From the human T2T-CHM13v2.0 reference genome, Homo sapiens, in the NCBI RefSeq assembly GCF_009914755.1, contig NC_060928.1: 64,000 nt of DNA, one strand, 5' to 3'. This document shows positions 18,831 to 33,304 of the stretch, in pieces (position 1 is the first letter of the stretch; every line of letters begins with the position of its first letter). A model generated the notes under the pieces. The model was given only the letters and a program-made list of their open reading frames with translations, did no database searches and was not told the origin of the DNA. Both the position numbers and the translations under genes were made by a program.

Positions 18831-19362
18831 CTTAAAATTAAAATGCAGTTACTCAGTAAAACTTTAAAATGTGATGCAGAAGCTAAAGGTGCCTATTCAG
18901 AATGTAAACACAAACATATCTACACCTAGGTTCATCTATGTATCTGTTTTACCTTTAATTTTATCTTAATTTTTTTTAAAATAATTGGATAATTTTTCTT
19001 GTTTCTCTTATGAATACAATACATGTTGTAAGTTAGATTTTTCTTTTTAGTGTGGCTCTAAAACCTTAGAGATATATTGGAGGCCAAACCATATAAAAAA
19101 TAATAGATTAGGTAGTATGATAAATCGTCAGTTTTGTTTCATTCTTTTTTTCTAACACATTTGTTTTATATTTAATTAGGCTAAATTACATTCTTATCTA
19201 TTAACTAGCTATAAGATAAATTTCTTTGAAAAACCATGGGATAGTGATAAAATATATATATATTTGAAAAATGTAAAATATATAACATATGATATATATC
19301 ATGTATATTTTTTAATGTTTAATAAAACATAGAAATAAAAAACATAATAAAATCAATTGTGT

Positions 19363-19570
19363 GGCCAGGCATGGCAGCTCACGCCTGTAATCCAAGCACA
19401 TTGGGAAGCCGAGGTGGGGGGATCACTTGAGGTCAGAAGTTCATGACCAGCTTGGCCAATATGGCAAAACCCTGTCTCTACTAAAAATACAAAATATTAG
19501 TGGGGCATGGTGGCAGGTGCCTGTAGTCCCAGCTACTCTGGGGGCTGAGGCAGGAAAATTGCTTGAACCC
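19363..19570 (+). mobile_element. AluS 5' ~210 nt, fused to an L1 3' end
   Basis: GGCCAGGCATGG...TTGCTTGAACCC, then an abrupt switch to L1 sequence. The rest of the Alu is not found downstream. Confidence 0.9.
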
Positions 19571-20097
19571 ATTACTGGGTATATACCCAAAGGAATATAA
19601 GTCATTCTATTATAAAGACACATGCACACGTATGTTTATTGCAGCACTGTTCACAATAGCAAAGACTTGGAACCAACCCAAATGCCCATCAATGATAGAC
19701 TGGATAAAGAAAATGTGGTACATATACACCATGGAATACTATGCAGCCATAAGAAAGGATGAGTTCATGTCCTTTGCAGGGACATGGATGGAGCTGGAAA
19801 CCATCATTCTCAGCAAACACGGGAACAGAAAACCAAACCCCGCATGTTCTCACTCATAAGTGGGAGTTGAACAATGAGAACACGTGGACACAGGGAGGGG
19901 AACATCACACACAGGGCCTGTAGCAGGGTGGGGGAATAAGAGAGAAATAGTATTAGGAGAAATACCTAATGTAGATGACTGGTTGATGGGTGCAGCAAAC
20001 CACCATGGCACGTGTATACCTATGTAACAAACCTTCATATTCTGCACATATATCCCAGAACTTAAAGTATAATAATAATAATAATAATAATAATAAA
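19571..20097 (+). mobile_element. L1PA7/L1PA8-like 3' end with (AAT)n tail
   Basis: ORF2 C-terminus ([22 protein letters not shown]...) and a 3'UTR with GAGAAATACCTAATGTAGATGAC...TATCCCAGAACTTAAAGTAT. Confidence 0.88.
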
Positions 20098-20937
20098 GGA
20101 CAAAACAATAGAAAAAAATCTGTGTCCTAGTTTCTGTTTCACATTTAATTATGGGTGTGGCACCCTCTTCCTAATTCAGAGCCTTTCTTATTTTCTATCT
20201 TATGGTTTGTAGGTCATTTTACCGTTGTGTCTTGGAGTTCTTTTCCCAGTAAATGTAATTGTTAAAATTAGCTTCTGCCATGTGTAAAGAATCACAATAT
20301 CAAATAAATGTACTTCAAGGTTCATGTTTTGATCATTTTATACAGACATTTTATAATACATTTCCATTTTGGGTATCAAAATAAAGTGTATCTCTTTGAT
20401 TATACATATGTATTCAAAGAATATTTGAATTTATTTTTTATCATTCTTATTGCTCACTTTAGTAGCTCTGGTTTGATTATTCTGAGGAATTGTTATCTTT
20501 AGAGTCTAAGGTATGTTTTAATGATGAAAAACAATGACATGTCAGAATTATAGAAATAAATACTTTTGGGAACCACATTCAGTACTTATGTATCAACAAA
20601 ATGAGATTATAAAATCAAACATATATTATAGTAATTGAAAGTCTGTTCATAGTTTATATCAATTGGCTAATTCATTTTAAAAAACATATAAAAACTTCTG
20701 AGAATCTATTTTATTATAGGCATGATGTTTATGATATTTAGAGGTAAAACGAGTATTTTTTCAGTAAAAGATTTAGCAGTAAACAATAAATCCATGTTAC
20801 ACTGAATTCACTGAACCTCATTTTCTATGCTGTAGAGGCAGATCATACTCCTCCGAAATTCATTCCATCCCTGCACATCACCTATCCATCAATACAGTTA
20901 TTCTGTTATGATTAATTCAGAAGTATAGCCACAACTG

Positions 20938-21318
<381 letters not shown>

Positions 21319-21599
21319 TCAGCAGTTTATACTATTAAGCTGTTGTTTAGGGGAATGGTAAACCGATATGACCCTTGAGGTAGGTATATATAGGTAAATT
21401 CTATGTGTCCCTTGAAATAGGTGTATGACACAACTTCTGGCATCTACATGGATTTGGTCACTCTAAAGTAGCCATGAGGCTTAAGATAGCTCAGCTCTTT
21501 GGGGATAAGCTAAACCATTTGCAGTTGTCTTTCTGCAATTTGCATATCCTACACCTATCATTGTCATTACTGCATGGCACAGAGAAAAATTCTGGTCTA

Positions 21600-21732
21600 A
21601 AGTGGTTCTTAAACCTGGTTGCTGGAGGGCCACCCTCAGTGATGATGATTTAATCTGTAGGAGGGTAGAACATTGATAGTTTTCATATATCTCCAGGTGA
21701 TTTTAACATATAACCGGGGTGAGAATCACTGA
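21600..21732. mobile_element. MER5-family (hAT-Charlie) MITE remnant
   Basis: AGTGGTTCTTAAAC...CCAGGTGATTTTAA...TGAGAATCACTG terminal inverted repeats. Confidence 0.65.
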
Positions 21733-22669
21733 CCTAGTTGTAAGAAGATAATATTCAAGAAATGTGGAGATAAATAATTTTCTTCTTGACATTAAAAAAA
21801 ATCTAAAAAGTTTTATCTTTTCTCCTAACTCAGGGTCATCAGCCTTCAAGCTTCAGTCTGTGTGTGTTCATAGGTGCTGTAAACACACGCATCACTACTA
21901 ATATCCCACTTCAGTGCTATTGCTGCTCCCAAAACCCCAGGTATTTTTAACCTTATAAACCTCCAGAATAATGAGACCACTGGGTTCAGTAAATTGCTTT
22001 GTTTTGAAGCAGTGTTAGACAAAGTGGGAGACTAGAAGATAAATCTGTCAATGACATGTCCTTTAAGACTACTTAGATTTTGTTGAATTTGTGGATCATT
22101 CCTTACTTGAGCAAATGGTAAATTAACTCTCTCTTTTCTCTCTCTCTAGCTGGCACACTTTTTCCAGTAGCCATTCTACTTGGTATGCTTACTTATCAGC
22201 TGTCCTCCAGGGGCCTCACATTAGATGTTTCTCTTGACTAACCAAACATGACACACAGCTGAAGTCAGAAAAACCAGATTGATAATTTCACTTGAACTAT
22301 TTTCTGTCATTCCAACAATTTACTGGAGTACACAATTGTGACTATTTTTAGCTATAGGAACTCATAGAAAGACCAACTTCATTAGACCTACAAAATCGAA
22401 TTGTATAACAGTATATGCAGTATGTGTAGGAGTAAAAAGCATTTCTCAAATATGCAGTACTGGATTTTGCAAAAGCACTTTACACTTAGCTATAAAGGAG
22501 TGGAAAACACAAAGATGAGTAACTGCACCTTTCAAAAGACTAGAGCTATACCAATAATACAAAGGTGTAAACAAATAATGATGAGATGACATAGGCTGAG
22601 TGTTTTCTATTTGGAAGCTATGTTGTTGAATTATTTATGTATATAATCTCATGCAATCTTCATGTTATG

Positions 22670-22970
22670 GGGGTGTTCTAATCCACTGTGACTGTGTCCT
22701 TAAATAAAAGAGAGATTTGGACATAGAGACAGGCACACGGGGAGGATGCCATATGAGAATTGACACTGTGCTGTCACAAGCCAAGGAACTACTGGAAGCA
22801 GAGAAAGAGGACTGGAACAGTTCCTTCCTTAGCACCTTCTCAGGCAGCCCAGCCCTACCAGCTTCTTGATCTGGACTTCTCACCTCTAGAATTGTGAGGC
22901 AATAAATTTCTGTTGCTTAAGTTACCCAGTTTGTGGTACTTTATTACAGGAGCCCTAGGAAAATAATTCA
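22670..22970 (+). mobile_element. MLT1B/C (MaLR) LTR
   Basis: ACAAGCCAAGGAAC...TGGACTTCTCACCTCTAGAATTGTGAGGCAATAAATTTCTGTTG...GCCCTAGGAAAATAATTCA. Confidence 0.8.
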
Positions 22971-23535
22971 TTATATAATCTGCTAAGGTAGATATGATCA
23001 TTGTCTCCAATTTCCATATGAAGAAACTATGCCTCACACATTGTGTCAGTTGTCCAAAATCATACATTCCTGACTCACTTCAATGAATTCTTCATTCAGC
23101 AAAATTTTTAAGGTACCTTAAAAAAATTATGGTAACTCTTAGGTCCTTGCTTTAAAGCTTCAATGGGCTTTTCCTTTGCAAAGAATAAAATCCTAACACT
23201 TAAGCATAGCTCTAAATGGTCTCTTTCCTGGCTATGTTTCTGACATCCTCTTGTACCATGCTCCTCCTTAATCATCCTGAGGTTACATCTTAAATCCTTT
23301 CCCCTTGCCATTCCCACTTCTTGGAATGCTTTCCCATCAGCTCTTCAAAGAACTGGCTCCTTTAAGTATTTGGTCTCAGTTCAAATGTCACTTCCCTGTA
23401 AAAGCTTCCTGGCCATCAAGCCTTCTTTACACACTGTATTTTATTTTTTCATGGTTCCTATAACAACCTAATATATTCTCAGTTGATTAACTGTTTTGAT
23501 GACTACTCCCTTCCATAAGAATGGAAAGAAAGTGT

Positions 23536-23802
23536 GGCCGGATGCAGTGGCTCACACCTGTAATCCCACCACTTCAGGAGGCTGAGGCAACATGGCAAAA
23601 CCTCTTCTCTTCAAAAAATTTTTAAAAAGTTAGGTGGATGTTGTGGGTGTGTGTGTGTGTGGTCCCAGCTACTCAGGAGGCAGAGGCAAGAGGATCGCTT
23701 GAGTCCATGAGGTCAAGGCTGCAGTGAGTCATGTCTGCACCACTGCACTCTAGCCTGGGTGACAGAGCTAGTCCCTATCTTAAGAAAAAAAAAAAAAAAA
23801 AA
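23536..23802 (+). mobile_element. AluJ with a left-arm deletion and internal (GT)n
   Basis: GGCTGAGGC|AACATGG deletion junction. Right arm has GAGGTCAAGGCTGCAGTGAG, a J-type diagnostic. Confidence 0.85.
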
Positions 23803-24801
23803 GAATAGAGAGAATGCTGAGAGAAAGGATCTTATTTATCATGTTCACCTCCCAAGAGGTGAACATATCCCCTCAAAGCCTGATAGGGAGAAGATGCTTA
23901 TTAATATTTAATGCATGACTATGTGCAGACTTGGGAGGAAAAATATGCCTCAACCTATCAAAATTGGATCCTTAATAAACAGGGATGCTTCTCCATCATT
24001 TCCCCACAACACCAAACAAGTGTGGCTCACTTTGCATGTTTAAGCAAATGCATTGTTTTTCCAGTTATACATCTAGTAGAGATGAGGTCATTGATAGGAA
24101 TGGGAAGACAGTCTCCTTTTATTTTGATGACCCAGAATGGCTGAACAGTCAGTGACTACCACTGCACTTTGTTGTACTTTGAGCATTAGAGATGCCAGCC
24201 CTGTAGGATATAAAACAGGAACATCTAGTCCTCAATTATATTCAGAATTACTCAAGTCTTAGAAGCACCACTTGTCTTTTTTCAAGGGAGAGAAATGCTC
24301 AAGTGATGGGCTGAAGTGAAGGGAGGGAGTCACTCACTTAAATGGTTCCCTTAAGCTGTGTGGATGCAAACAGCATTAGACAATGATGCTGACAGTGGGA
24401 AATGCACTGGAGACGATGATTGGCAAAGCCCTCCTTTTCTCCCCATCCACTTTAGATATTGACACCAAAGGGTTTGTCACAATGACAACTATACACTCCC
24501 AATATCACAGAAGGAGGAGGAATAAAAGGATATATTATGAGTGATTGAAGTTTAGAATAAATTAGTAAATATTATGTCCCTCATCCATAGAAACCACAAA
24601 GGTCTAGTAATGCTAAGGATATAACAAGAAAATAATATGAATATTTGCTTCCCCTTCCTAGTGTAATAAGTAAGTTACAAATGGCTTCAGGAAGGGGAGA
24701 GAGGAAGAAGAGTGGATGAGATACGTAAGAGTGCCTGAGGGCTAATTTTATGAAAGCTTTGGGAAGTTTTAAGAAAAAGAAAAGCTATTTTTCAAGGTAC
24801 A

Positions 24802-24838
24802 TGTGTGTACGCGTGCGTGTGTGTGTGTGTGTGTGTAT
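24802..24838. repeat. (GT)n microsatellite
   Basis: Direct reading. Confidence 0.9.
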
Positions 24839-25067
24839 GAAAGACAGAAGAAAGAGGTAGACCTAGGAAGACTATGAAACACTAAGAGAAAAATTAAGGT
24901 AAAAAAGACACACACTTAGAAAAACACACATAGGGAGGAGGGAGGAGTTTAAGACATTTTACTATGTGCTGTGAATGGAAACTACAAACCATTTTTGATA
25001 TCTGCAATATATATACATATATACACACATATACATATGTATTTAAAGATTTAAATTACATTTTCTC

Positions 25068-25238
25068 TTTTTTTAGAGATGTGGTTTTGCTATGTCACTC
25101 TGCCCAGGCTGCAGTACAGTGGTTGTTCACAGTCATGATCATAGCACATTACAGCCTTGAACTCCTGGGCTCAAGCAATCCTCTTGTATTAGTCTCCCCA
25201 GTAGTTGGGATTACTAGCATATGCCACCATGTCCACCC
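25068..25238 (-). mobile_element. FAM (fossil Alu monomer)
   Basis: Monomer retaining the 7SL-derived GTGGTTGTTCACAGTCATGATCATAGCACATTACAGCC segment. Confidence 0.75.
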
Positions 25239-25299
25239 TTATGCTTTTTAAAGTGAAAAACCATACTAAGAATGAGGCAGCTCAACTTAATAATAAAAA

Positions 25300-26168
25300 C
25301 ATTTCGAATGTAAAGAAATTTACAAAAGAAAAACAATCAACCCCATTAAAATTGGGCAAAGGGAACGAACACTTTTCAAAAGAATACATGCATGCAGCCA
25401 ACAAACACACACAAAAAAGTTCAACATCACTGATCATTAGAGAAATGCATATCAAAACCATAATGAGATACCATCTCACACCAGTCAGAATGGCTATCAT
25501 TAAAAAGCCAAAAAATAACCGATGCTAGTGAGGTTATGGAGAAAAGGGAATGCTTATACACTGTTGGTGGGTGTGCAAATCAGTTCAATCATTGTGCAAA
25601 GAACAGTGATTCCTCAAAGAGCTAAAAGCAGAGTTACCATTCGACCCAGTAATCCGACTACTGGGTATATACCCAGATGAATATAAATAATTCTACCATA
25701 AAGACACATGCATACAAATGTTCATTGCAGCACTGTTCACAATAGCAAAAGTATAGGATCAATCTAAATGCCCATCAATGACAGATTGGATAAAGAAAAT
25801 GTGGTACATATACACCATGGAATACTACGCCGCCATTAAAAAATGATATCATGTCTTTTGCTGGAATATGGATGGACCCTCTATCATCCTTAGCAAACTA
25901 ATGCAGGAACAGAAAACCAAATACAGCATACTCTCAGTTATCAGCGGGAGCTAAATGATGAGAACTCATGAACACAACGAATAAAACAGACACTGGGGTC
26001 TACATGAGGGTGGAGTGTGAGAAAAGGAAGAGAAGCAGAAAAGATAACTATTGGGTACTAGGTTTAATACCTGGGCGATGAAATAATCTGTAGAGTAACC
26101 CCCTGTGACAGCAGTTTACCTATGTAACAAATGCCCCTAAACTTAAAATAAAAGTTAAAAAAAAAAAA
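25300..26168 (+). mobile_element. L1PA15-16/L1PB-like 3' fragment
   Basis: ORF2 C-terminus ([25 protein letters not shown]) and a 3'UTR ending CCCCTAAACTTAAAATAAAAGTT-poly(A). Confidence 0.85.
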
Positions 26169-26231
26169 GAAAATTAAAATCTCCTTATCATCTACCTGGT
26201 AATATGTAATATGAAAAACACATATCTTTCA

Positions 26232-26621
<390 letters not shown>

Positions 26622-27279
26622 TCATTTTGCAAGTATTACCATTGTTGTGCGTTAAATTGTAGAAGTATTCCTAATTATGATTTCTTTGTATTCCTAATTG
26701 TAATAGCTTTGTATTTGAAAAATTATTGATTCATACTCTATATGTTATTATTTTGTATGCAATGACAACAGAATATATTATCATGCTCCTTTTGTGAATC
26801 TCATTCATAATATAAAGTATAAATTTGTGATTTTGCTTTAATTTGAAATATTAATTTCAAATGTTATCACAATTTGATACAAACTATTGACAATAAGTCT
26901 GTATATTAAGTAATGTCTTAGTAGGTATTGGGAAAATTTAAAACTAGTGACATGGAGGATTCAAAGCCAATTAAAATTCTGCAAAGCAGTGTAAATAAAA
27001 ATAATTTCAATAAATTTATAAAATACTGAGATTATGGTGTATAAACAATCTTTAGATTCTTTGTTTAAGAAATTCTGCCAGTTTGGAATATATGCTTCAT
27101 TCAAAGTAGCTAAGGGCTGTACCTGGCTAATAGTAGGCACCTAATATTTGTTGAAAAGGAATACTGAGTAGCTGGGACCACACACATTTAACCTGTATTT
27201 ATAAAATTACTGTTTAGAGATAAACATTTGATGGAATCATGCTTTTACTTTCTGCTTATGACTCAATTGTTTGTACTGA

Positions 27280-27790
27280 CATTAACATCCCAAATCCTTA
27301 GCATGGCCTACAAGGCCCTGAGCAATGCGGCACCTGCTGAAGCCTGCTGCCTCATTTAATAACTCTTTGTCTCTTTCCCAGATCCAGCCACTCTGACATT
27401 TTTTAGTTCCTGGACCAAGACAAGCTCTTCCCAGAACCTGACCTTTGTACCTGTTCTTTATTCCTGGAGTATTTTTCCCCTGACAAATTACTTATCATCT
27501 ATCATAATTCAGGTTAAATGGCACTGACTCAAGGAAGGCTTCCCTAACTGCCTCCCTTCTCCAACCAAATTAGGAACAATTATATGGCCACATAGTATCG
27601 AATCAAATTTATAATTTTAAAATAATTGGGAGATTTTGTTGTTTAACACTTGTTTTCACTATAAGACTGTAATTACATGCAAGTAAGAACCATGCCTGTT
27701 TGTTCGCTCCTGCCACAGTCAGAATAGTGCCTGGAATATGCAGTAAGGGCTGAACACACACTAAATAAATGAACAAGTGAATAAATGGAT
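27280..27790 (+). mobile_element. L2 3' fragment
   Basis: AAATCCTTAGCATGGCCTACAAGGCCCTG...AGAATAGTGCCTGGAATATG...AAATAAATGAACAAGTGAATAAATG. Confidence 0.7.
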
Positions 27791-28881
27791 ATTGTCTCAT
27801 TTTTAGAATAGAGTACTAAATGGATCATGAACACTATCTGGTATGTCACGTAGGTAATTTACAAGGGATACAATTTCATCTCAGGTTTACCTTTTCCTGG
27901 ATACAGGTCTTGATAGGTCTCTTGATGTCATTTCACTTCAGATTCTTCTTTAGAAAACTTGGACAATAGCATTTGCTCTCTTGTCCAAATTGTTACTAAG
28001 AATCAAGAGAGATATCTGACATGAAATGACATTGGAAAACATTAAACACGATTGAAATAATGCTAGCCAATATGGTTATTATTAGAAACCAATTACATTT
28101 TCAACTTAAAAATAGTAATACTTATTGTAGACTCAAATGTGCTTATTCTAAAACAAGTAAATGTTTGCCTATGGTCTCTGAGATTCTAATCCACAGAGTT
28201 CATTCTAATCCACATTCAACACTATCATGTACCAGTGGGCCTCATAATCCACCTAGCCCTGTGATTTTTCAGGTTCACTTTTCTAAATTTGTGAATTAAA
28301 TATTTATTTTCTTAGTTCAGAAGAGGAAACAAAACTCCTGTAATTGTTGCCCATTTCAGGAGAAATCTTGCATATGAAAACAAGAGATAAATATACACAA
28401 CTGAGGGCTGTGGTTTAAACAAAATCTTGAGAATGTTTTTTGACCTTATACATTTGTGCTTTAGTATAACAAAATGATATAGACAAAGGTAACTTTTAAT
28501 AGAACCAGTCACTAAATTTAGAAAATGACAAATTCTTCTGCTTAGCTAAGCAACAGAGAAGGTAAAATACTAATTCAACTCATCAATTTAAGCAATACTC
28601 ATTAAAAGCCAAGTATGTGCTTACTGAATAAGCTGCTAAGGTTTGGTGGTTACAGAGTGTGGGGTGACATGATGTCTACATCACAGTCCAACATTCACAG
28701 AGTTTAGAAGCCTACCAAGAATCAAGACAGACACAAATACCTAACATAGACATTTGTATGTGATAAGAGAGCCAGAGTACAATTTAGGAGAAGAAATTGT
28801 ATGGAAGGAAGGTTCATTTCCATTAGACCAGAAAAGATAGCACATTTGAAGGCCTGAATAAGAAATATTCTGGATAAGATA

Positions 28882-29300
28882 TTGTGGCTGCTACCAGAAT
28901 GACTCTTGATGATCTCTACCTCTTGGTATTTATACCCTTATATAATCTCTTCCCTATAATATAAGCTGGTCCCAGGTACTTGTTTCTATTGAATAGAATA
29001 GAACAAAAGTAATGAGATGCCACTTCTGAGATTAGATTATAAGATACTGTGAATTTCATCTTGTGCCCTCTCCCTGTCTCTCTTTCTTTTGCCCTCTCAC
29101 TTGAATGAAGCCAACTGGCGTGCTGTCAGTGGCCCAGTGTAAGTCCTGTTACAAGAAATTGATGATTGCCTGTAGCCAACCCTAAGTGAAGAACTGAGGT
29201 CCTCAGTCCTACAAACTGAGAGAAACTGAATCTAACTAAGAACCATGTGAGTGAGCTGGGAAGAAGATCCACCCTCAGTCAAAATTTAAGATGACCATAG
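28882..29300 (+). mobile_element. MLT1F-like (MaLR) LTR, 3'-truncated
   Basis: TGTGGCTG...GATGCCACTTCTGAGATTAGATTATAAGA...GAACTGAGGTCCTCAGTCC...AACCATGTGAGTGAGCTGGGAAG. Confidence 0.7.
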
Positions 29301-30772
29301 CATCAGCAGACATATTGAGACACACTGAAAGTAAGAGAGCAGGAGGAAACAAAGCCAGGGTCATACAAAGAACACAACTGATTTTGAGATTCTCACATAA
29401 GTACTACACCTTCAGTGAGCATGTGTACTAGAAATTAAAAAAATAAATAAAATAAACCTGCAAAGAGAGCCAGCAAATAAATTTCCCTACGGTCTCAGCT
29501 CTGAGTGGACAGAGAAAATGTTCCCTGTAGAGTTTATAGCCAGAATCCAGCTCTCAAACAGGTTTCAGCCTGAACTCACACAATCTGTGTGGCTTCCAAA
29601 TTTGCAAGCTGAGAATTTAATTCAAAGTGGTCTCAGGTTGATAGCAGTCCAAAATGCCAGGTAGGAAAAAAAAATCCTCTCTGGACAAATAAATCATCAA
29701 AGCAAGCTCATAAGATCAGGTTTCAAAGGTCATGAGCTTCTAACACACACACAAAAATCACACACACAAAATGGGGGTAGCAGCAACATGGGTAGCATAT
29801 TCAAATTTGAAAAGACTTTAAATATTTTTATTATTAGATGTAGATTATGAAACACATATTTTAATGTGGTTAATTTTTTTAAGGAATCAAAACTATGAGT
29901 AAAGACCAAGACAATTGTGCTGGATGGCCACTTCCACCATGGCTCCCCTCCTATTTAAATCTGGGTACTGTGTCACCCGAAGTCTTCAGGCACATTGTTC
30001 CAGGTTTGGGTTTGCCTATGAAAGAAACTCATGAGAGCTGGAAATGAGGAGTGAAGAGGAGGTCTTTATATAAAGCAGGCTTAAGGATTAGACATAGCAG
30101 GTTTGACAGATGTGATGGCTTGCAGAATTCTTTATGAGCTCCCACTGTCCATCTGGATAAGATTTACAGACCCTTCAGAAATTCCTATAAGCTTGGGTTC
30201 TGTGCCCACACTCTAGACTGTCAGGCTAAGATCTCTGATATAAAACAGACCTCTTCTGATTTTGTCTAGCTGCTTTTCTAATATCTATTCACCAAGCTCT
30301 TCCAATAATAGCATAAGGCCCTAATTAATATTAAACCTTTATCATTATAATACATAGGATGTCTTCTGTTTTCCTGATCAAATTCTGACTACTATTAAAA
30401 TATAAAGAATTGTCCAGAAAGATATAAAAAAAGAATCACACATTGATCTTCTTTAAATGAAAATATAACAATTTTATGGACTAGGATGATTACAGTTGTT
30501 CAGTTCTCACTGTTATTTGAAGAAAAAAGCAATAAGAAGCCTCAGCAACTTAACGGAAGGAGCTGCCATTTACTAGGAGAAAAGATTGTGGATGAGAGTG
30601 TAGCAAAGGTCAGAATTCTGAGAAGCTTGAGATGTCTATTATAATGAATTATCTTTTATACTCACTACAATTTCCTAACAATTTTGGGGTTTATATTTTT
30701 GAAAGAGATATACCTTTAATTTTCTTTCTTTGCACTATTGTTAGGTAACTTTAATGTGCAGATTATACTACA

Positions 30773-31282
30773 GTGAAAGTTGCCAATGACAAGGCAAAGT
30801 CACTTACATCAGACCCAAAGCAAAGTGGAGCCGGGTCATGAAAAAGGGGATCTTGGGTGTGTGTCCACGATAAGCACTATCACAAGGACTTTCTATAAAC
30901 TCACAAGAAATTTCTGCCCACCCAGCACACTCTGTTTGTCCAGCTTATCCTGTAGGTGTCTCTATAATAGGACCTATCATAAAAATTCCTCAAGACTGCA
31001 GCATTTCAGATAAGCCACCCTCACAAGAACACTTGCCTAGCAATGGCTGTTTCTGCCAGTAAGTTAACACCAGCTCCTGCATCAGGCCCTGTGACCAATG
31101 ATGTTTGTTTCAAAACAGCTTGCATAGACTTCTTTTTGTCTTTAAATATTTTCCTTACCTCAACCTCTTGGGATGCACTTATGATTCATCATAGCACAAA
31201 TATCTCAGATTATAATCCTTACTTATTTCTAAATAAATTTATTTCTTTGGAGATCCACTTTTTCTGTTATTATACATTGACA
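30773..31282 (+). mobile_element. ERV1-class solo LTR (MER34/MER4-group-like)
   Basis: Contains GACCAATGA (CCAAT box) and AATAAA, and ends ...TCTGTTATTATACATTGACA, typical of MER4-group LTRs. Family and 5' edge uncertain. Confidence 0.5.
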
Positions 31283-31559
31283 TTGTTATCATGAAATTAG
31301 TTGGGTGATGTGTCTTATTTTCTTGTCTCCAGAAGAATTTCTGTAACAGTGCAATTAAACGTTCTTTGCATGTTTGCTAGAACTCACCTGTAAAATTGTC
31401 TGAGCAACCAAAGCCTGGTTTTTGTGTTTAGTTTTTCTTTTGTGACTGGGGAGGGGGGTTTATCGTACTGATTCAAGGTGTGAAGGTAACATCATTTTGA
31501 TTTTCTACATCTTCTTCACTCCATTTAAGCATGTTACATAGCGTTATTTGTTTGTTCTT

Positions 31560-32232
31560 TTCATGATATTCTTTACAGTAGCCTCCTAAATGTTCCCTCT
31601 GCTTCTGCCATGAGCCCCTGCAATCTATTTCAACTCAGAAGCTATAGAGTTTGTTTAAAACATGTAACATATTATGCCACCTTTCTTACTGTAAAACATC
31701 CCATGGTTTCTCATAGTATTTATAGTAAAAGTGAAATCTTTATGATGGCTTGAGAAACTTTTCCCATTAGATGCCCAAGTGCTGGTCTGGTCTGATCTTC
31801 TCATCTTCCCTTGGCTGATTCTGTGGCAGTCACACTAGCCTCCTTGTTGCTCCACAAAAACTCCAGCATTATCCTACTTCAGGATATTTGCCATTGTTAC
31901 TGCATCTGCCTGGAACCTTTTCTCCCATATAAACATAGAGATTGCTCTTGCATGTCCTTCAAGTCTATTCTTAAATGTCCCATTCTCTGTGAAGCTTTCC
32001 TGCCCACCCTATTTAAATTACAGACTTCACTCCCAATTCCCCACCTACTTTAAGAGTCTTCATTTATCATTCCTTGACAAACTGTAAATATACATGTTCA
32101 CCTTTTTATCGTCTGTCTCCAAATACTGGAGTGTTAAGTTCTGTAATGTCAGATATTTCTGTTTGGTTCACTGGTGTATTCTTAAAGCATGTTACATACT
32201 AGGTGTGCTCAATGAATATTTGTTGAATAAAT
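31560..32232 (+). mobile_element. L2a 3' fragment
   Basis: Pyrimidine-rich L2 body ending TAGGTGTGCTCAATGAATATTTGTTGAATAAAT. Confidence 0.75.
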
Positions 32233-32812
32233 ATCACATTGGGCTTATCCCAGAAATTCAAGCTTGTTTCAATAGTTAGAGCAATCTACAAATGTAATTC
32301 ATTACATTAACTAATTCAAGGAGCTAAATCACATCACCACCACAATAATGGCAGAAAAACACATTTGATACAACTCAATATTCGTGCATGCCTAACAAAC
32401 ATCTCATGATACTAGGAAAAGAGGAAGGGATATATTATTTTCATGTATAAAACACTAACCATTGTAGCATGCCAATATACCCAAAATTCAATGAAATTCC
32501 TATCAAAATCTTAGCGTTCCTCTTAGTCCTCAACAAAGCATTTCTAAAATGTGTATAGAAGACCAAAGGGCCAAAATAGTCAACTTCTGAAGAAGTAGAA
32601 AAAGAAAGTTGAGGAAATCTTAAAACATGTTATTGAGCTTAAAGTTGCAAAAATAAACTCATGTACCATAATTCATGAGTAGAAAAATAGACTAGTGGAA
32701 TAAAATAAAAATAAAAACAATGCTTACATAAAATGTTGTAACTGATTTGGATGTCATTAGAAATCAGTAAGTAAATAGATGGACAATGCAATGAAAGATG
32801 CTAGGCAAATAA

Positions 32813-33304
32813 TGTGGCAGGGAGAATAATGGCCCTCAAAGATGCCCATGCCTAACCCTGGAACCTGTGAATATGTTACACTGAATGGCAAGAAAGGCTT
32901 ATCAGATGTGATTAAGGATGCAGACTGAGATGGAGAGATCTTCCTGGGTTATCCAGATGGGCCCAGTCTAATCACATGAGTTCTTAAAAATGGAGAACCT
33001 TTTTTAGCTGAGTCTAGAGAGAGATGTGACAATGAAAGAATGGTCACAGAAATGTGACATTGCCAGCTTTAAAAAGAGAGAGGAGAGGCAATGAGAAAAG
33101 GAATGCTGATGTTCTCTAGAAGGTAGAAAAGGCCAGGATATGGATTCTACCCTAGCCGCCAGAAAGAAACATGCCTGTCAACAACTTGATTTTAGTTCAC
33201 TAAAATTCATGCCTGATTTCTGACTTGTGTGGACTGTAAGATGATAAGTTTGTGTTATTTTAGGTCACTTAGTTTGTAGAAATTTGTTACAGCAGTAATA
33301 GAAC
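32813..33304 (+). mobile_element. MLT1D (MaLR) LTR inserted in an old L1M
   Basis: TGTGGCAGGGAGAATAATGGCCCTCAAAGATG...AATTTGTTACAGCAGTAATAGAAC. Confidence 0.85.
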
